From: Naegleria gruberi
Lineage: Eukaryota
Length of the DNA stretch: 64,000 bases
NCBI GenBank assembly: GCA_000004985.1
Contig: GG738897.1
Direction: 5' to 3' (one strand)
The notes beneath the pieces were generated by a model, which was not told the DNA's origin, did no database searches, and saw nothing but the letters and a program-made list of their open reading frames with translations. The translations under genes were made by a program, and so were the position numbers. The number at the start of each line of letters is the position of its first letter. Position 1 is the stretch's first letter. Positions 20,172-31,709 of this stretch are shown one piece after another.

Positions 20172-23010
20172 ATGACTAGGGTACATCCAATGGTTCCTCA
20201 GGGTTCTGATAAAGAGGTAACTGAATTACGCCACTCTTTCGACACACCAATTTCTAATGTGAGGAATATTCCACTTAGAGTGCTTCACGACTCGATGGAA
20301 GTTAAGGAAAACAGCAACAACCTACAACCACACACTTCGTTTCTTCACGAGGATTACACATCTCAACATGATTTTCAATCAGGATCAAATTTGAATGTAT
20401 CTGGTAGGAATGGAGGCAAATTGAGTGGAGTAAAGAAGAAATATTCAATGAAACATCACTCTACTCATGAAACGAGTCATCTTAATATATCGATCAAAAC
20501 ATGTCTGATTGCATTGATTGCCTTTCTTGAAATTTTAACAGTCCTAACCTTGTCTAGTATATGGATTTCGTGTTTCCTTCCCTCCATGCTCAAGTGGGGG
20601 TCTTCAGTAAGAGAAAAGAGTTTTGATAACATTATACAATTCACAAGGTCCACATTGAAGGAACTGGCTCTGGTGACAGAAACAGAGAGGGAGCTGTTAT
20701 CAGATAACTTTGACCCTTACAATACACAGCTTGTTGAAAAACACATGTTCAGACTATTCAAAAATGAGCTAGTGAGACATCCATCTCTACCTGTAACCTT
20801 GTATTTAGGTGACCACACACGATACAATTACGGTGTTATGCAAATGGATGAAAATACTTTGGCAGCTTTTAACATGGATTCATACTACTATTGTCAAGAT
20901 TACCTGAATAATGATTTGTGCGTTAGAAACAACACACCTGATGAGGTATTGGGTGAGTTTGATATGACACCAATTTTGGAGGCTGCAAGTCAAGCACCTG
21001 GCGGGTCACGATTCACATTGAGTTATGCTGACATTTCATTGCCTAGTATCACATTCATCACATTACTATCAATGGTGAAAAATTCTACAAATCCTTCTGA
21101 TTTTATCTTTTGGATTGGCTACGATGTCTCTGTTCAGTCTTTTTCAATATATCTGAACTCTATCACAAAGGATACTCCTGGAGCAATTGCCTTTACTATA
21201 GAAGTTATGACTGATTATCTTATATCGAGTAAGTCTCATCATTGAATTTTAACTGTTTCTGTAACTATTAAATAGATTACAATCCAGATGTATCTGTAGC
21301 ATCTTGGGATGAAAATGAAGAGGAAACAAGAGTGACAGCTCGTACAGTAACTGATAATGGAACCAATCTCATTGCTGAACATGTTTACAAACTGTATCCA
21401 AATTTAACCGATATAACTTGTAATGAGAAAATATTGATGGAAGTAGATGGATACTATATTTCCATGTATCGATTATGTACTAATGAGAACATTGATTGGC
21501 TTATTGTTTTTGCTGAACCAACAATGAATTTTATGGAAGCAATCATTGTTGCTGTAAGCGCTGCTCTAGGTTCAAGTCTAGTTATCATTATTATTAGTAT
21601 TGGTATCGGAGTTTACATTGCCTTCAAGATTATTCAGCCATTCTATGATTTGATATTTAACTTTAGTGAGGTTTCAGAAATGAAACTTGAAGGACTTTCT
21701 TTTGAGACGAGCGTTTTCAGAGAAGTTCAAATTCTTCAGGGACATTTTAAGGGGATGGTTGAAAAAATCAAACTCTATCGTTGGTAAGTTGGACGAGGTT
21801 TCACAATCAAATTCTAATTTTCATGTTAGCTTTATTCCAAGCCATTTAATTTCAAAGATTGATGGAGAAGGAGAGGATACAGAAAAGAGCAGAAAATCAA
21901 AAGAATCACAAAGTAAGAATAGCCTTTCTTTCGAGAAAAAGATTGAAACTTCAGACAGTTTTACAAGTATCGTCAGTATAAAGAAACCTCAGGTAGATAC
22001 AATGGCAAGGTTTGCTCTTCATTTGGAGAGTAGAAGAGTTACCTTTGCATGTCTTCACATAGAGGGAATGGGTCGCTGTATCACAACAAGCTCCTACACA
22101 GAAATAGTCAGCATTTTGAGTGAAATATTCAAGTATGTGTACGATATTAGTAAATTGAGTGGAGGTTCTGTTGGAAACTTTGAAAGCGAAACTGTATTGA
22201 TTTCATTCAATTCCAATGCAGAGACGTCTGCAGCAGAGAAGAAGGCAGTAGTGTTTGCATCACAAACAGTTAAAAAGCTAAATGGGTTGAGTACCCTTAA
22301 GAAATCAATCAGTGGAAGGTCGTCGGAAAAGCCAATTGTTTTCAGAGCATCTGTCCTGTCTCAATATTGTTGTTGCGGTAACTTGGGAACGAATGAATTT
22401 AAGAATTTCACGATTGTGGGAAGTTTCAAACAAAACTTGATCATGATGATTGAGCTGGCCCTTCGATTGAATATTGAACTTGTTGTAACAGAAGATATTC
22501 GTACCAAGACTAATATTGTCTTCCAACACCGATACGTAGATACATTACAATTCTTAACTGAGACGCAGTATGGACTTCCTGAGCTAGATATATCAATATT
22601 CAAAAATTGGGTTTTCTCTCAAGCTGTTGAATATGGCAACTTGAATGTTTCGATGGAAACAGCCAACAATTCCTTCCTTAAACAAAACACTGATGTCAAC
22701 ATTTACGAATATGGAGAATTTATGGAGATAAAAGATGATGGTAAGTTCAATAGATTCTCAATCAAGTTATTTATTTGGCAACATTAAAGAATGGATGTAC
22801 GAATTGGAGGAAAAGAAGAAGAGAAATGAATGGCAGCCATACATTAATGCAACAAGTTTGTATTGGGAAAGGAAGTGTGATGAAGCAATTGCAATTCTGA
22901 ATGAGTTCTTGGATAAATCAATAGAGAATGGAAAGGCTGACTTGCCAACCATTAATTTACTGGAAAAGATTAAGAGACAAATTGATAAGGAACAAGAAAG
23001 CACACAATAA
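20172..23010 (+). CDS. Two-TM receptor-type protein with a class III nucleotidyl-cyclase-like, possibly catalytically degenerate, cytoplasmic domain. Four exons: 20172-21228, 21276-21783, 21830-22740, 22790-23010.
   Basis: ATG at 20172. TM1 'CLIALIAFLEILTVLTLSSIWISCF'. About 300-aa extracytoplasmic region. TM2 'AIIVAVSAALGSSLVIIIISIGIGVYIAF'. Then a cyclase-homology-like segment ('VTFACLHIEGMG...GGSVGNFESETVLISFNS'). Three phase-consistent introns of 47, 46 and 49 nt, each GTAAGT...AG. The canonical metal-binding Asp residues appear substituted. Confidence 0.5.
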
Positions 23011-23776
23011 CTGGAAACAACTTTAGAATTCAAAAGAAACTATTTCATGTGTGATGATTAACACCGACAGGTAATTGAATACTTCTCTCAAACTAAAACA
23101 GAAAGCTAACAAACTAACATTAGTAAAGTTTATCTCTTTTTATTCAGCATTTTCACTTTCCTTATGCACATTTATTACAAATTGCCCTGAACAAACTCAG
23201 TTCCTCCAATCAACAACCTCACCTTGAGTTTACAATGACAATGTCGCTGTTTTGATCGAACCAAATTCAGTAATTTTGGTTGTCAAACAATTTTTCTCTC
23301 TCCATTATGCATACAACAAGGCTCTTGTAAACTCTGATTCTTATGTTCAAGTTGTGGCTCCGAGGCAAAAGAGATACGACCAAAGCATCACATAAAAAAA
23401 ATCCTGTAACATAAAACAACAATAACTTGTAAACAATGTATGTTTTTTTAAATATTTGATCTAGGTGTTTGCTTACTGAGAGATCCTGATCTTGTGAATG
23501 GACAATTTTAATTTACTGATGATGATGATTCATATATTTGTGGTGGTAACCTATATGATCTTGCTTTGTCTGATGATGATATTTGGTTAATATGGCGAAT
23601 TTTGTGTTTGGACCATTGTCAACCATATTTGCTCTTCTATACAACAAAAATCCATTCATATTCTATTTGTGTATGATGATGTTAATATTATCCTCCACCA
23701 ATTCAATAATAATATATTAATAATATAATATTGATGGTATGATGATGATGATAAATTGTGTGATCAATGACCAAAT

Positions 23777-25564
23777 ATGAAACAGATGAAGAGATCCATT
23801 GTACAATTAGCCAAGGCTCAAACTAAGTCTACCACTGCTGCTGCCTTCTCCAACACCTTTGTTAATCAACAACGTACCAAGAAGGTTGATGTTAAGGTCA
23901 AGAAACTTTTCATTGGTGGTGAATTTGTTGAAGGAAAGGAAGGAAAGAAATTCTCTGTATACAATCCAGCAACTGAAGAAGAAATTTGTCAAATTTCCGA
24001 AGCCACTGCTGCTGATGTTGATGATGCAGTTCGTGTTGCTAGAAATACCTTTGAAAACGTCTGGAGAAATTATGCACCATCCCAACGTGTTCGTCTCATG
24101 AATAAGTGGGCTGATTTGATTGAAAGAGATGCTGATTATATTGCTGATTTAGAATGTATTGATAATGGTAAGCCACGTGATATGGTCAGAAATGTTGACA
24201 TTTACTTGGTTCTCCAATGTATTAGATACTATGCTGGTTGGGCTGATAAGATTAACGGTAAGACCATTCCAGTTGACTCTGACTTCTTTGCCTACACTCA
24301 AAGAGAACCAGTTGGTGTTTGTGGTCAAATTGTTCCATGGAATTTCCCATTGGTTTGTTTCTTTTTAATTATTTTCTAATTATTTTAATTTTTTAATTTA
24401 ATTTTTTTTTTAAATATTTTAATATTTTAATTAAATTTATCAAGTTGATGGCTGTAAGTAGAATAGTAAAGAATTATGAAATAATTAACACAAATTCTAT
24501 AGACTTGGAAGTGGGCACCATGTTTGGCAACTGGTAACGTTTCCATTTTGAAGACTGCTGAACAAACTCCATTGTCTGCATTGTACGTTGCTAAATTGGC
24601 TCATGAAGCTGGATTCCCACCAGGAGTCATTCAAGTTTTGAGTGGTTTTGGTGAAACTGTTGGTAATGCATTGACTCATCACATGGATGTTGATAAGATT
24701 TCATTCACTGGTAGCACTGAAGTTGGTAAAAAGATTCTTGGAGCTTCTTCCAAGACTAATTTGAAGAGAGTTACTCTTGAACTCGGTGGTAAATCAGCAT
24801 TGATTGTCATGGGTGATGTTAAGGATCGTGCCACTCTTGAAAAGGCTGTCAATATTGCCAATCAAGGTACCTTCTTCAATCAAGGTCAAGTTTGTACTTG
24901 TTCATCTCGTGTCTTTGTTGCCTCCAATATTTATGAAGATTTCTTGAAGATTTCTAAGGAACTTGCTGAAAAGAGAGTTGTTGGTAACCCATTCGATTCC
25001 AAGACTGAACAAGGTGCTCAAGTCAGTGAAGAACAATTCAACAAGATTATGAGCTACATTGAATATGGTAAGAATAATACTAGACTTGTCACTGGTGGTG
25101 AACGTGCCCATGCCAAGGGTTACTTTGTTAAGCCAACTGTCTTTGCTGATGTTGAAGATACTCATAAGATTGCTCAAGAAGAAATCTTTGGACCAGTTAT
25201 GAGTGTTTTGAAGTTTGATCATGATAATGTTGAAGATGCTATCAGAAGAGCCAACAAGTCTGAATATGGTTTGGCTGCTGGTGTCATTACTCATGATCTC
25301 AACCAAGCTCACAGAGTTGTAAGTTTATTATTTTTAAATTTTTTCTAATTTTCACTAATTATCATTCATTTACAGACATCGGGTCTTAGAGCCGGAACTA
25401 TTTGGGTAAACACATGGAATGCTTTCTTCAGTAATATTGAATTCGGTGGTTACAAGATGTCTGGTCAAGGTAGAGATTTGGGTGAACATGCTTTGGATGA
25501 ATATACTGAAAATAAGTCTGTCATTACTCATATCCCAGGTTTGAAACGTCCATACAAGTTTTAA
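23777..25564 (+). CDS. Aldehyde dehydrogenase (ALDH1/2 family) with predicted mitochondrial presequence. Three exons: 23777-24352, 24503-25318, 25376-25564.
   Basis: ATG at 23777. Basic/hydroxylated N-terminal presequence. Conserved 'VGVCGQIVPWNFPL' | 'TWKWAPCLATGN'. Catalytic 'ELGGKS', 'GQVCTCSSR' (active-site Cys) and 'EEIFGPV'. Introns GTTTGT...AG (150 nt) and GTAAGT...AG (57 nt). Confidence 0.85.
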
Positions 25565-25694
25565 ATTATTTTGAATAAATGGTATTGTAAAATCAAATAT
25601 TCAAGCAATTCTATTTGGTTGTTTCGGAGTGTAAATAGTGTATAGAATTAACCCAAGAGCTCACTTGCCTTTTAAAGAAGAATAAGAAAAAACA

Positions 25695-28600
25695 ATGCGA
25701 ACACAAATACTCTGTATTTTTATTATTAATGCCATTCTCCTTGCCATCACAACACAAACAACTGTCCATTCACAAAATCCTCCTGAAAATCCTTCATGTA
25801 CTTCACAATTTCTTGTGAATAATGAAATTTCAAAAGCTATGGAATATTTACAGTTCAATATGTTCATGATGATGACTTCGGAATTTGATGATCATCAACA
25901 GGATTTTTCATCGTCACAAGCGAGAAATGTGAAGAATTGCAGTTTGGCAAATCCGTGTGAAAATTTAACACAAATTCTCTCAGTACTGAACAAGACACTT
26001 GTGGAAGATAATTTTAACTTTTATAATCGGTCAACTGAGAGGCTGGTAGTTTTGAATATTAATTTATTGAATGATATTTTGGATACAACTGAACATTTTA
26101 TTGAAACTCCAATAATTTCTGGTTTGAATTATATTTTCAAATTTAAGAGCGTATCAGATTCGGATAGAAATTTGATTCAATTGAAATGGAAGGGATCTTA
26201 TGATCGATCCTATGTATTGACAAGACCAGATATTAAGTGGTTTTACTTTGAGAATGTGACACTTAATTTATTTAGATTGAATAATACGGATGTTGCAAAT
26301 CTTGGTTTTTGTAATTGCTTAATTGTGGATACGTGGTTGAATTTTGTAACGAATAGAGATTTTTATATTGAAAAGAGTCAATTGATTAGATCAATTATTT
26401 ATGCAACTACAAATTTGTGGTTCTATGACAGATCAGAAACCATTAAATATGGAGAATATTATGTGACAGGTTTGACAGCTATTTATAATAATAGTGAAAT
26501 TCATGAAACACGACTCAGATGGACAGTCAGCAGTGTTACAAATCTAATAATTGAAAATTCATTATTTGAAGATTTTTTGGTGGAAATGACCTTCAAACAA
26601 GTGACAAATGTTCTCATTCGAAACTCCACCTTTATTCGTGATTATTTGGATTATAAGGAAGAGTCAGTGAATGCACTTCAAGGAAATTCATTTCGTGTTA
26701 TTAATTGCACCTTTCAACATGCTTATTCATTCCTTTTTGTGAGATCTTATATTTTTGTTTCAATTGATAGCTCAATTGTTTCTAATAATCAGCTGATGAA
26801 GGAGAATTTAATTAGTGTTTTCTATGGGATTATTGCAATTCAGAGTTGTATCACTGTTATGGTTTCCAATTCTCAATTTTCAAACAATGAAGGTTATGAA
26901 AGAGCTTCTGCACTTTACTTGTCAGATGTCAATGTATTCCATGTGAGAAATTGCCAGTTCACTAACAATTCTGCCTCCAGCATCTTCTCAAATAGTTATC
27001 CTAATAGAATGTTTGATAATGATAAGTCTTATTACTGGTATACTGTTTCCAATTGCAAATTCGAAGGAAATACCTGTAACAAGGAAGGTTGTGGAATTTA
27101 CATTTCTGACTCAATTGACCTGACAATTCAAAACAATATTTTCCTGAATAACACAGCTCAATATGGTGGAGCAGCTCTCTTTATCAAAATTGGAGCCAGA
27201 GCTGTAATTTTAAATAATTTATTTATTGGAAATAAGGTACTTTACAATAATTTATTACGACAACCTGCTAGTACTTTCTATTATGGAGGCGGAGGAGCTG
27301 TTTCTATAATTACTACTCAATTGGGACTTTCAGAAAGCAAACTATTGGCAAATACTTTCATTAATAACGAAGCTCTCTATGGTGGTTCATTATTTTTTGT
27401 TAGGGAATCTTTGGTGGAAATTTCCAATTCAACATTTATTGGAAATAAGGCAAAGAGAGGAGGAGCCATGTTTTACTATTCACCAAGTGTAGAACAAACT
27501 GAAATATTTGATAATGTGTTTAAGGAAAATGTTGCAGAAATTGGAAATGATTTATTGACAAGTGTCGTTGCTTTGGATTGGGATAATAGTACTGTACATC
27601 ATGTCAAACCGGGTGATGCTATTTCATTGGATGTAAAGACATTCGAATTGGGTGGATTACTTATTCCAACAAATACTGAAAATTTCACAGTCTTTACTGA
27701 TAACCCAAGTGTTTATTTGGATTTTTTACAGAACGAAACCTCATTTACAATATCCATGTATTTAATGGGTGATGTTACACCAAATTCCTATGGAAATTTC
27801 ACACTATTCCTTGATAGCAATCCAGCAATTACCTTTTTTCATTATTCCATCAATTCATGTGGGGAAGGAAATGAATTGAGAGTAATTGGTAAGAATCAGA
27901 TGGCCGTTTTGAAATGTGTGCCATCTCCTGCTAGCCTACTACCTCTAATTCTATCAGTTTCCATTCCAGTTGGTGTTTTTATTGCCATAGTGAGTGTTTT
28001 TATTGGAATAATTTTGGGCATGGTTGGAATTCCAAAAATTAATAATATAAAACGACGATTGAATCTATTGCAGGAAAAGGAGAGTGCCGAGCAGAGTGTT
28101 GAGCAGAAGATTATTGATAAGAAGGTGGTATTCAATATGAACGATGAAGGTGACTTTAAGGAGCCATTACTGAAAAACTATGAACTGGAAGATCCAATAT
28201 TTCGTTTTATCATTTCTCCAAAGGATATTGACATTGTAAAGAAGGTAGCAGAAGGAGGGTATGTAGTTGTGTGTTTATTGTAACAATTCACTAACAATTT
28301 GATAAGAAATGGAGTGGTTTACAAGGGAACGTGGAAAGGAATTGAAGTTGCCATTAAGACTATTAAGGCAAAGAATGAAAGTAGAGACGATTTTGAGAAT
28401 GAAATTTCACTTCTCGCCTCTATTAGAAATCCACATATTTTGAATTTTTATGGAGTTTGTGTGACGGAGAATGAAACATTTATGATTACAGAGTTTTTGG
28501 AGAATGGAAGTTTGGAGGGGATTATTTATTTGAGTAGGATTGGTCAATTCAAACTCTCATTCCATGAAAAATTGAGAATTTTATATGAAGTAGCTATTGG

Positions 28601-29244
28601 AATGGATTATTTACATTCGTTAACACCAAAAATTGTTCACAGAGATTTGGTAAGTTTCGAATTTTGAAAATCTGCCTCAAATTTACATTTTCTATTAGAA
28701 ACCTGGGAATATTCTATTGGATAAGGATATGCATTGCAAAGTATGTGATTTTGGTCTTTCCAGAACTGTAAATCAAAATACCAATCACTCAATTACAAGA
28801 AATGTTGGTACATTATTCTACCTTAGCCCAGAAATGTTTGAAATTGATCAAACCAAAGTTGATCCTCACAATGTTTCTAAAATAGATACCTATAGTTTTG
28901 GAATAATCATGTGGGAACTTTTCTTTGAGCTAGCTCCATTCACTGAAAATAGGAAAACTGTTCGAATGTTACATGAAGATGAGAATTCTAACAATTTGAA
29001 CACAATTAACATGTTACATTTGGTATCAAAGGGAAAGAGACCTTCCATTCCATTCGAATCTATAGAGGAAGTTAGAGAATGGTTACTTATTTATGAGGAG
29101 GATAAGAAATTCAAAGGAGCTAATATTGTTTTGGAATATTTTGAATTGACTAAACAGTGTTGGAGTGAACAGCCAAGTACTAGACCAGAATTTAATGTGA
29201 TTGTCAAAAAACTTTACAATTTCATGGAAAGAATCAAGCAGTAA
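25695..29244 (+). CDS. Receptor-like protein kinase. Signal peptide, then about 750-aa ectodomain of Pmp-type parallel beta-helix repeats, a single TM, and a cytoplasmic TKL-like kinase. Three exons: 25695-28258, 28307-28649, 28699-29244.
   Basis: ATG at 25695. Signal peptide 'ILCIFIINAILLAITTQT'. Repeated 'NNxAxxGGA' motifs ('NNTAQYGGAALFI', 'NNEALYGGSLFFV', 'GNKAKRGGAMFYY'). TM 'LLPLILSVSIPVGVFIAIVSVFIGIILGMV'. Kinase subdomains: G-loop 'VAEGG|NGVVYKG', 'VAIKTIK', 'HRDL|KPGNILL', 'CDFGLSR', 'SFGIIMWELF'. Two phase-consistent introns of 48 and 49 nt: GTATGT...AG and GTAAGT...AG. Confidence 0.65.
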
Positions 29245-29405
29245 ATTACTTTGAATCCACAACTTGCTGAGTGAACAATTAGTTTTGTAAACTATACGAG
29301 CTCAATAGTGAATGAATGAACTTGAATTCTAAAAATAAACTTCTTCATCTTTAAATTTTACGTTAAAACTCAAACTTGAAAAGAAAACAAAAAAAAATAA
29401 CACAA

Positions 29406-29933
29406 ATGTCGACCACCACCGCAACTACTTCTGACCCACCTGCTATTATAAACAACGCCACCCCTAGCCAATCTCCAACTCTTGAAATTACAATGACATT
29501 CAGAGCAGAGCCAAAGAAACGATCGATAAAACTTGAAGATCCTCAAAAAACATTTCACATGATGATTGTGTGGGATAAGACGAAACCAGAAAATCATCAA
29601 TTGGAATATACTACCATTATGAATGATTTGAAAAAGTTACTCTCTGAAAATAATAATACCATCTATTTCATTCCTAGAATTGCTTGTACCAATTCGACGT
29701 ATGGTGAGGTCGATGATTGGTTGACTGATTATATACTAAAGCTCAGAAATGAAAAGTCGTGGATTCATTGTGAAAAGGATCTTGATAGCAGAGTAGAGGG
29801 ACAAGTTGGTGATTATAATTTGTTTGCACACATTTCGAGGAGAATGATTGAGGAGGGAAGTCCATTGAGGAATTCACTGTCTAATGTTGCTGGACAAGTA
29901 ATCAAAATTAATATTGTAAACTATAAGAAGTAA
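29406..29933 (+). CDS. Hypothetical small protein, about 175 aa.
   Basis: ORF with ATG at 29406; the track starts at TTG 29376. No recognised domain. Confidence 0.35.
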   Translation: MSTTTATTSDPPAIINNATPSQSPTLEITMTFRAEPKKRSIKLEDPQKTFHMMIVWDKTKPENHQLEYTTIMNDLKKLLSENNNTIYFIPRIACTNSTYGEVDDWLTDYILKLRNEKSWIHCEKDLDSRVEGQVGDYNLFAHISRRMIEEGSPLRNSLSNVAGQVIKINIVNYKK

Positions 29934-30398
29934 ATTAAGGAGAAGGAAAAAGAATCCTTTTCTTCATGTAGCACTTTGTAAAAGATAACACAGTTTAAAC
30001 TTTACAAAAATATTTACAGTGCACTGTAGAATAAAAAAATCTTCAAAGATTTCACTGAAAATATGCCGAAATGCAAATGTTTAGCTTGTATACCCAACCA
30101 ATGGGAATATCTGAAACAGAGACGCTGTTTACAAAAGCGAGTTATGCAACAAGAATTGTTTCCAATTCTGTGGACACATTAGATTAGAAATAGTTCCTTA
30201 AAGTATTATCACTACACTGGCAATGAAACATTTACTTCTCAAATATACTCCTTAAAGTCTTTTTGGCGTTTTACATTCCGGTTGTAAAACGAAACGGACT
30301 ACCATTTAAGGAATCGAATAGTTTTCTAGTGGGACCTTCATAAAAACATTTAAACGCTTAAAATCTTGCAAAAGCGAAAAGAAACTGTTAAGAAAAAT

Positions 30399-31703
30399 AT
30401 GAAACTTTGTATCTTGCTTGTTGCTGCTCTTTGTTTAGTTTTTGGTTTCGTCCACTGTCAATGGAGTCAAAAGAATTACGACCAATTCCAATCCATGCAT
30501 GTTCCTTTGCATGCAGATAATGCAAATTGGTTCAACCAATTCCAAGCTCCAAACTTTCTCTACACCCAAACCATTTTAGATTCCCTCATTGTTGATGTAA
30601 AGAATAATCAAGCTCTCGTTGCTTTACAATATCACACAGAGTTGGCTTTATTGAAAATCAACATGTTGAATGGTGCTTATCAATATGTGAATGTTTCTGC
30701 AGGTGAAATCCATGAAAACTTACATTATGTCTCCTCAGTAATTGATAGTAACAACTACTATTACATCTTGTTGGATAATGAGAAGGATAATAAGGCATAT
30801 CTATTTAAGGTTAATGTTCTTGGAGTTGGTAAGAGTCAAGTGTCTTTCTTACCAATGGGAGGGGTAACTGCTATGGTTTACTCTGAAATGTTTGATTCCA
30901 TTGTTATTAGCTCACACGATGGAGTTATTTCATTGGATTGTAAAACTCTTTCCCAAAATTGGAAATTGCAGTTGAAAGACCAATCAAAGATTCACTTGTT
31001 GACACAAGAACTCAACACTGAGTACATTTACATTTCCTTCATGGACAGTTTGGTCAGTAGAATCCATGTTGAGAATGGCAAAATCTCTGGACAAATCAAA
31101 CTTCATAACGGTACCATTGCCTCTATCAGTAAGTTCAAGAACGATCCAAATGGATTCCTTGTTGCAACCATCACTAATGATGTGGAGATGACTGATTACA
31201 TTGCCTTCTTCAATATTGATAAGCAAGTCTCTACTCAAAACAAATTGCTCGTTCAAAATATCAGAGGATCTTTCCATCAAGCTTATTGTAATCCTGCTAT
31301 TGGTTTCTTCAATAATACTAAACAAGGTGGAGAATACAATGCTGTTGTTTCATGTGGATTGTTGCAAAGATCACCAATTTATACCACCAACTTTATATTG
31401 AGCTTGAAATTCACTGTAAACCAATTCAATGCTATTGACATGCATCAAATGTGGGAAAAGAAAGTTGATGAGGAGAACTTGCAATTTGTTGCTTACAATC
31501 AAGATTTGAATCAAATTGTAACCACTGATACTGAATATTTACTTGTTGATAGCGTTACTGGTAGAGTTCTCAAGACATTTAAATCTAACATCTTGAATAG
31601 TCCAAATGGTGTTAATGGATTCAAATATTTGACTGATAACAATGGAAAGATTTATGCCATTGGTGTTGACCCAAGTCAATTAATTTCGTTTGAATCTTTG
31701 TAA
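30399..31703 (+). CDS. Secreted hypothetical protein with N-terminal signal peptide.
   Basis: ATG at 30399. Signal peptide 'MKLCILLVAALCLVFGFVHC'. 434-aa ORF rich in beta-strand-like segments. No catalytic motif recognised. Confidence 0.45.
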   Translation: MKLCILLVAALCLVFGFVHCQWSQKNYDQFQSMHVPLHADNANWFNQFQAPNFLYTQTILDSLIVDVKNNQALVALQYHTELALLKINMLNGAYQYVNVSAGEIHENLHYVSSVIDSNNYYYILLDNEKDNKAYLFKVNVLGVGKSQVSFLPMGGVTAMVYSEMFDSIVISSHDGVISLDCKTLSQNWKLQLKDQSKIHLLTQELNTEYIYISFMDSLVSRIHVENGKISGQIKLHNGTIASISKFKNDPNGFLVATITNDVEMTDYIAFFNIDKQVSTQNKLLVQNIRGSFHQAYCNPAIGFFNNTKQGGEYNAVVSCGLLQRSPIYTTNFILSLKFTVNQFNAIDMHQMWEKKVDEENLQFVAYNQDLNQIVTTDTEYLLVDSVTGRVLKTFKSNILNSPNGVNGFKYLTDNNGKIYAIGVDPSQLISFESL

Positions 31704-31709
31704 TAAAAA

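Noticed and set aside
22305-22603. Minus-strand ORFs 22305..22529 and 22361..22603 within the cyclase-like gene.
   Set aside because: Antisense to the spliced plus-strand coding frame. No motifs.
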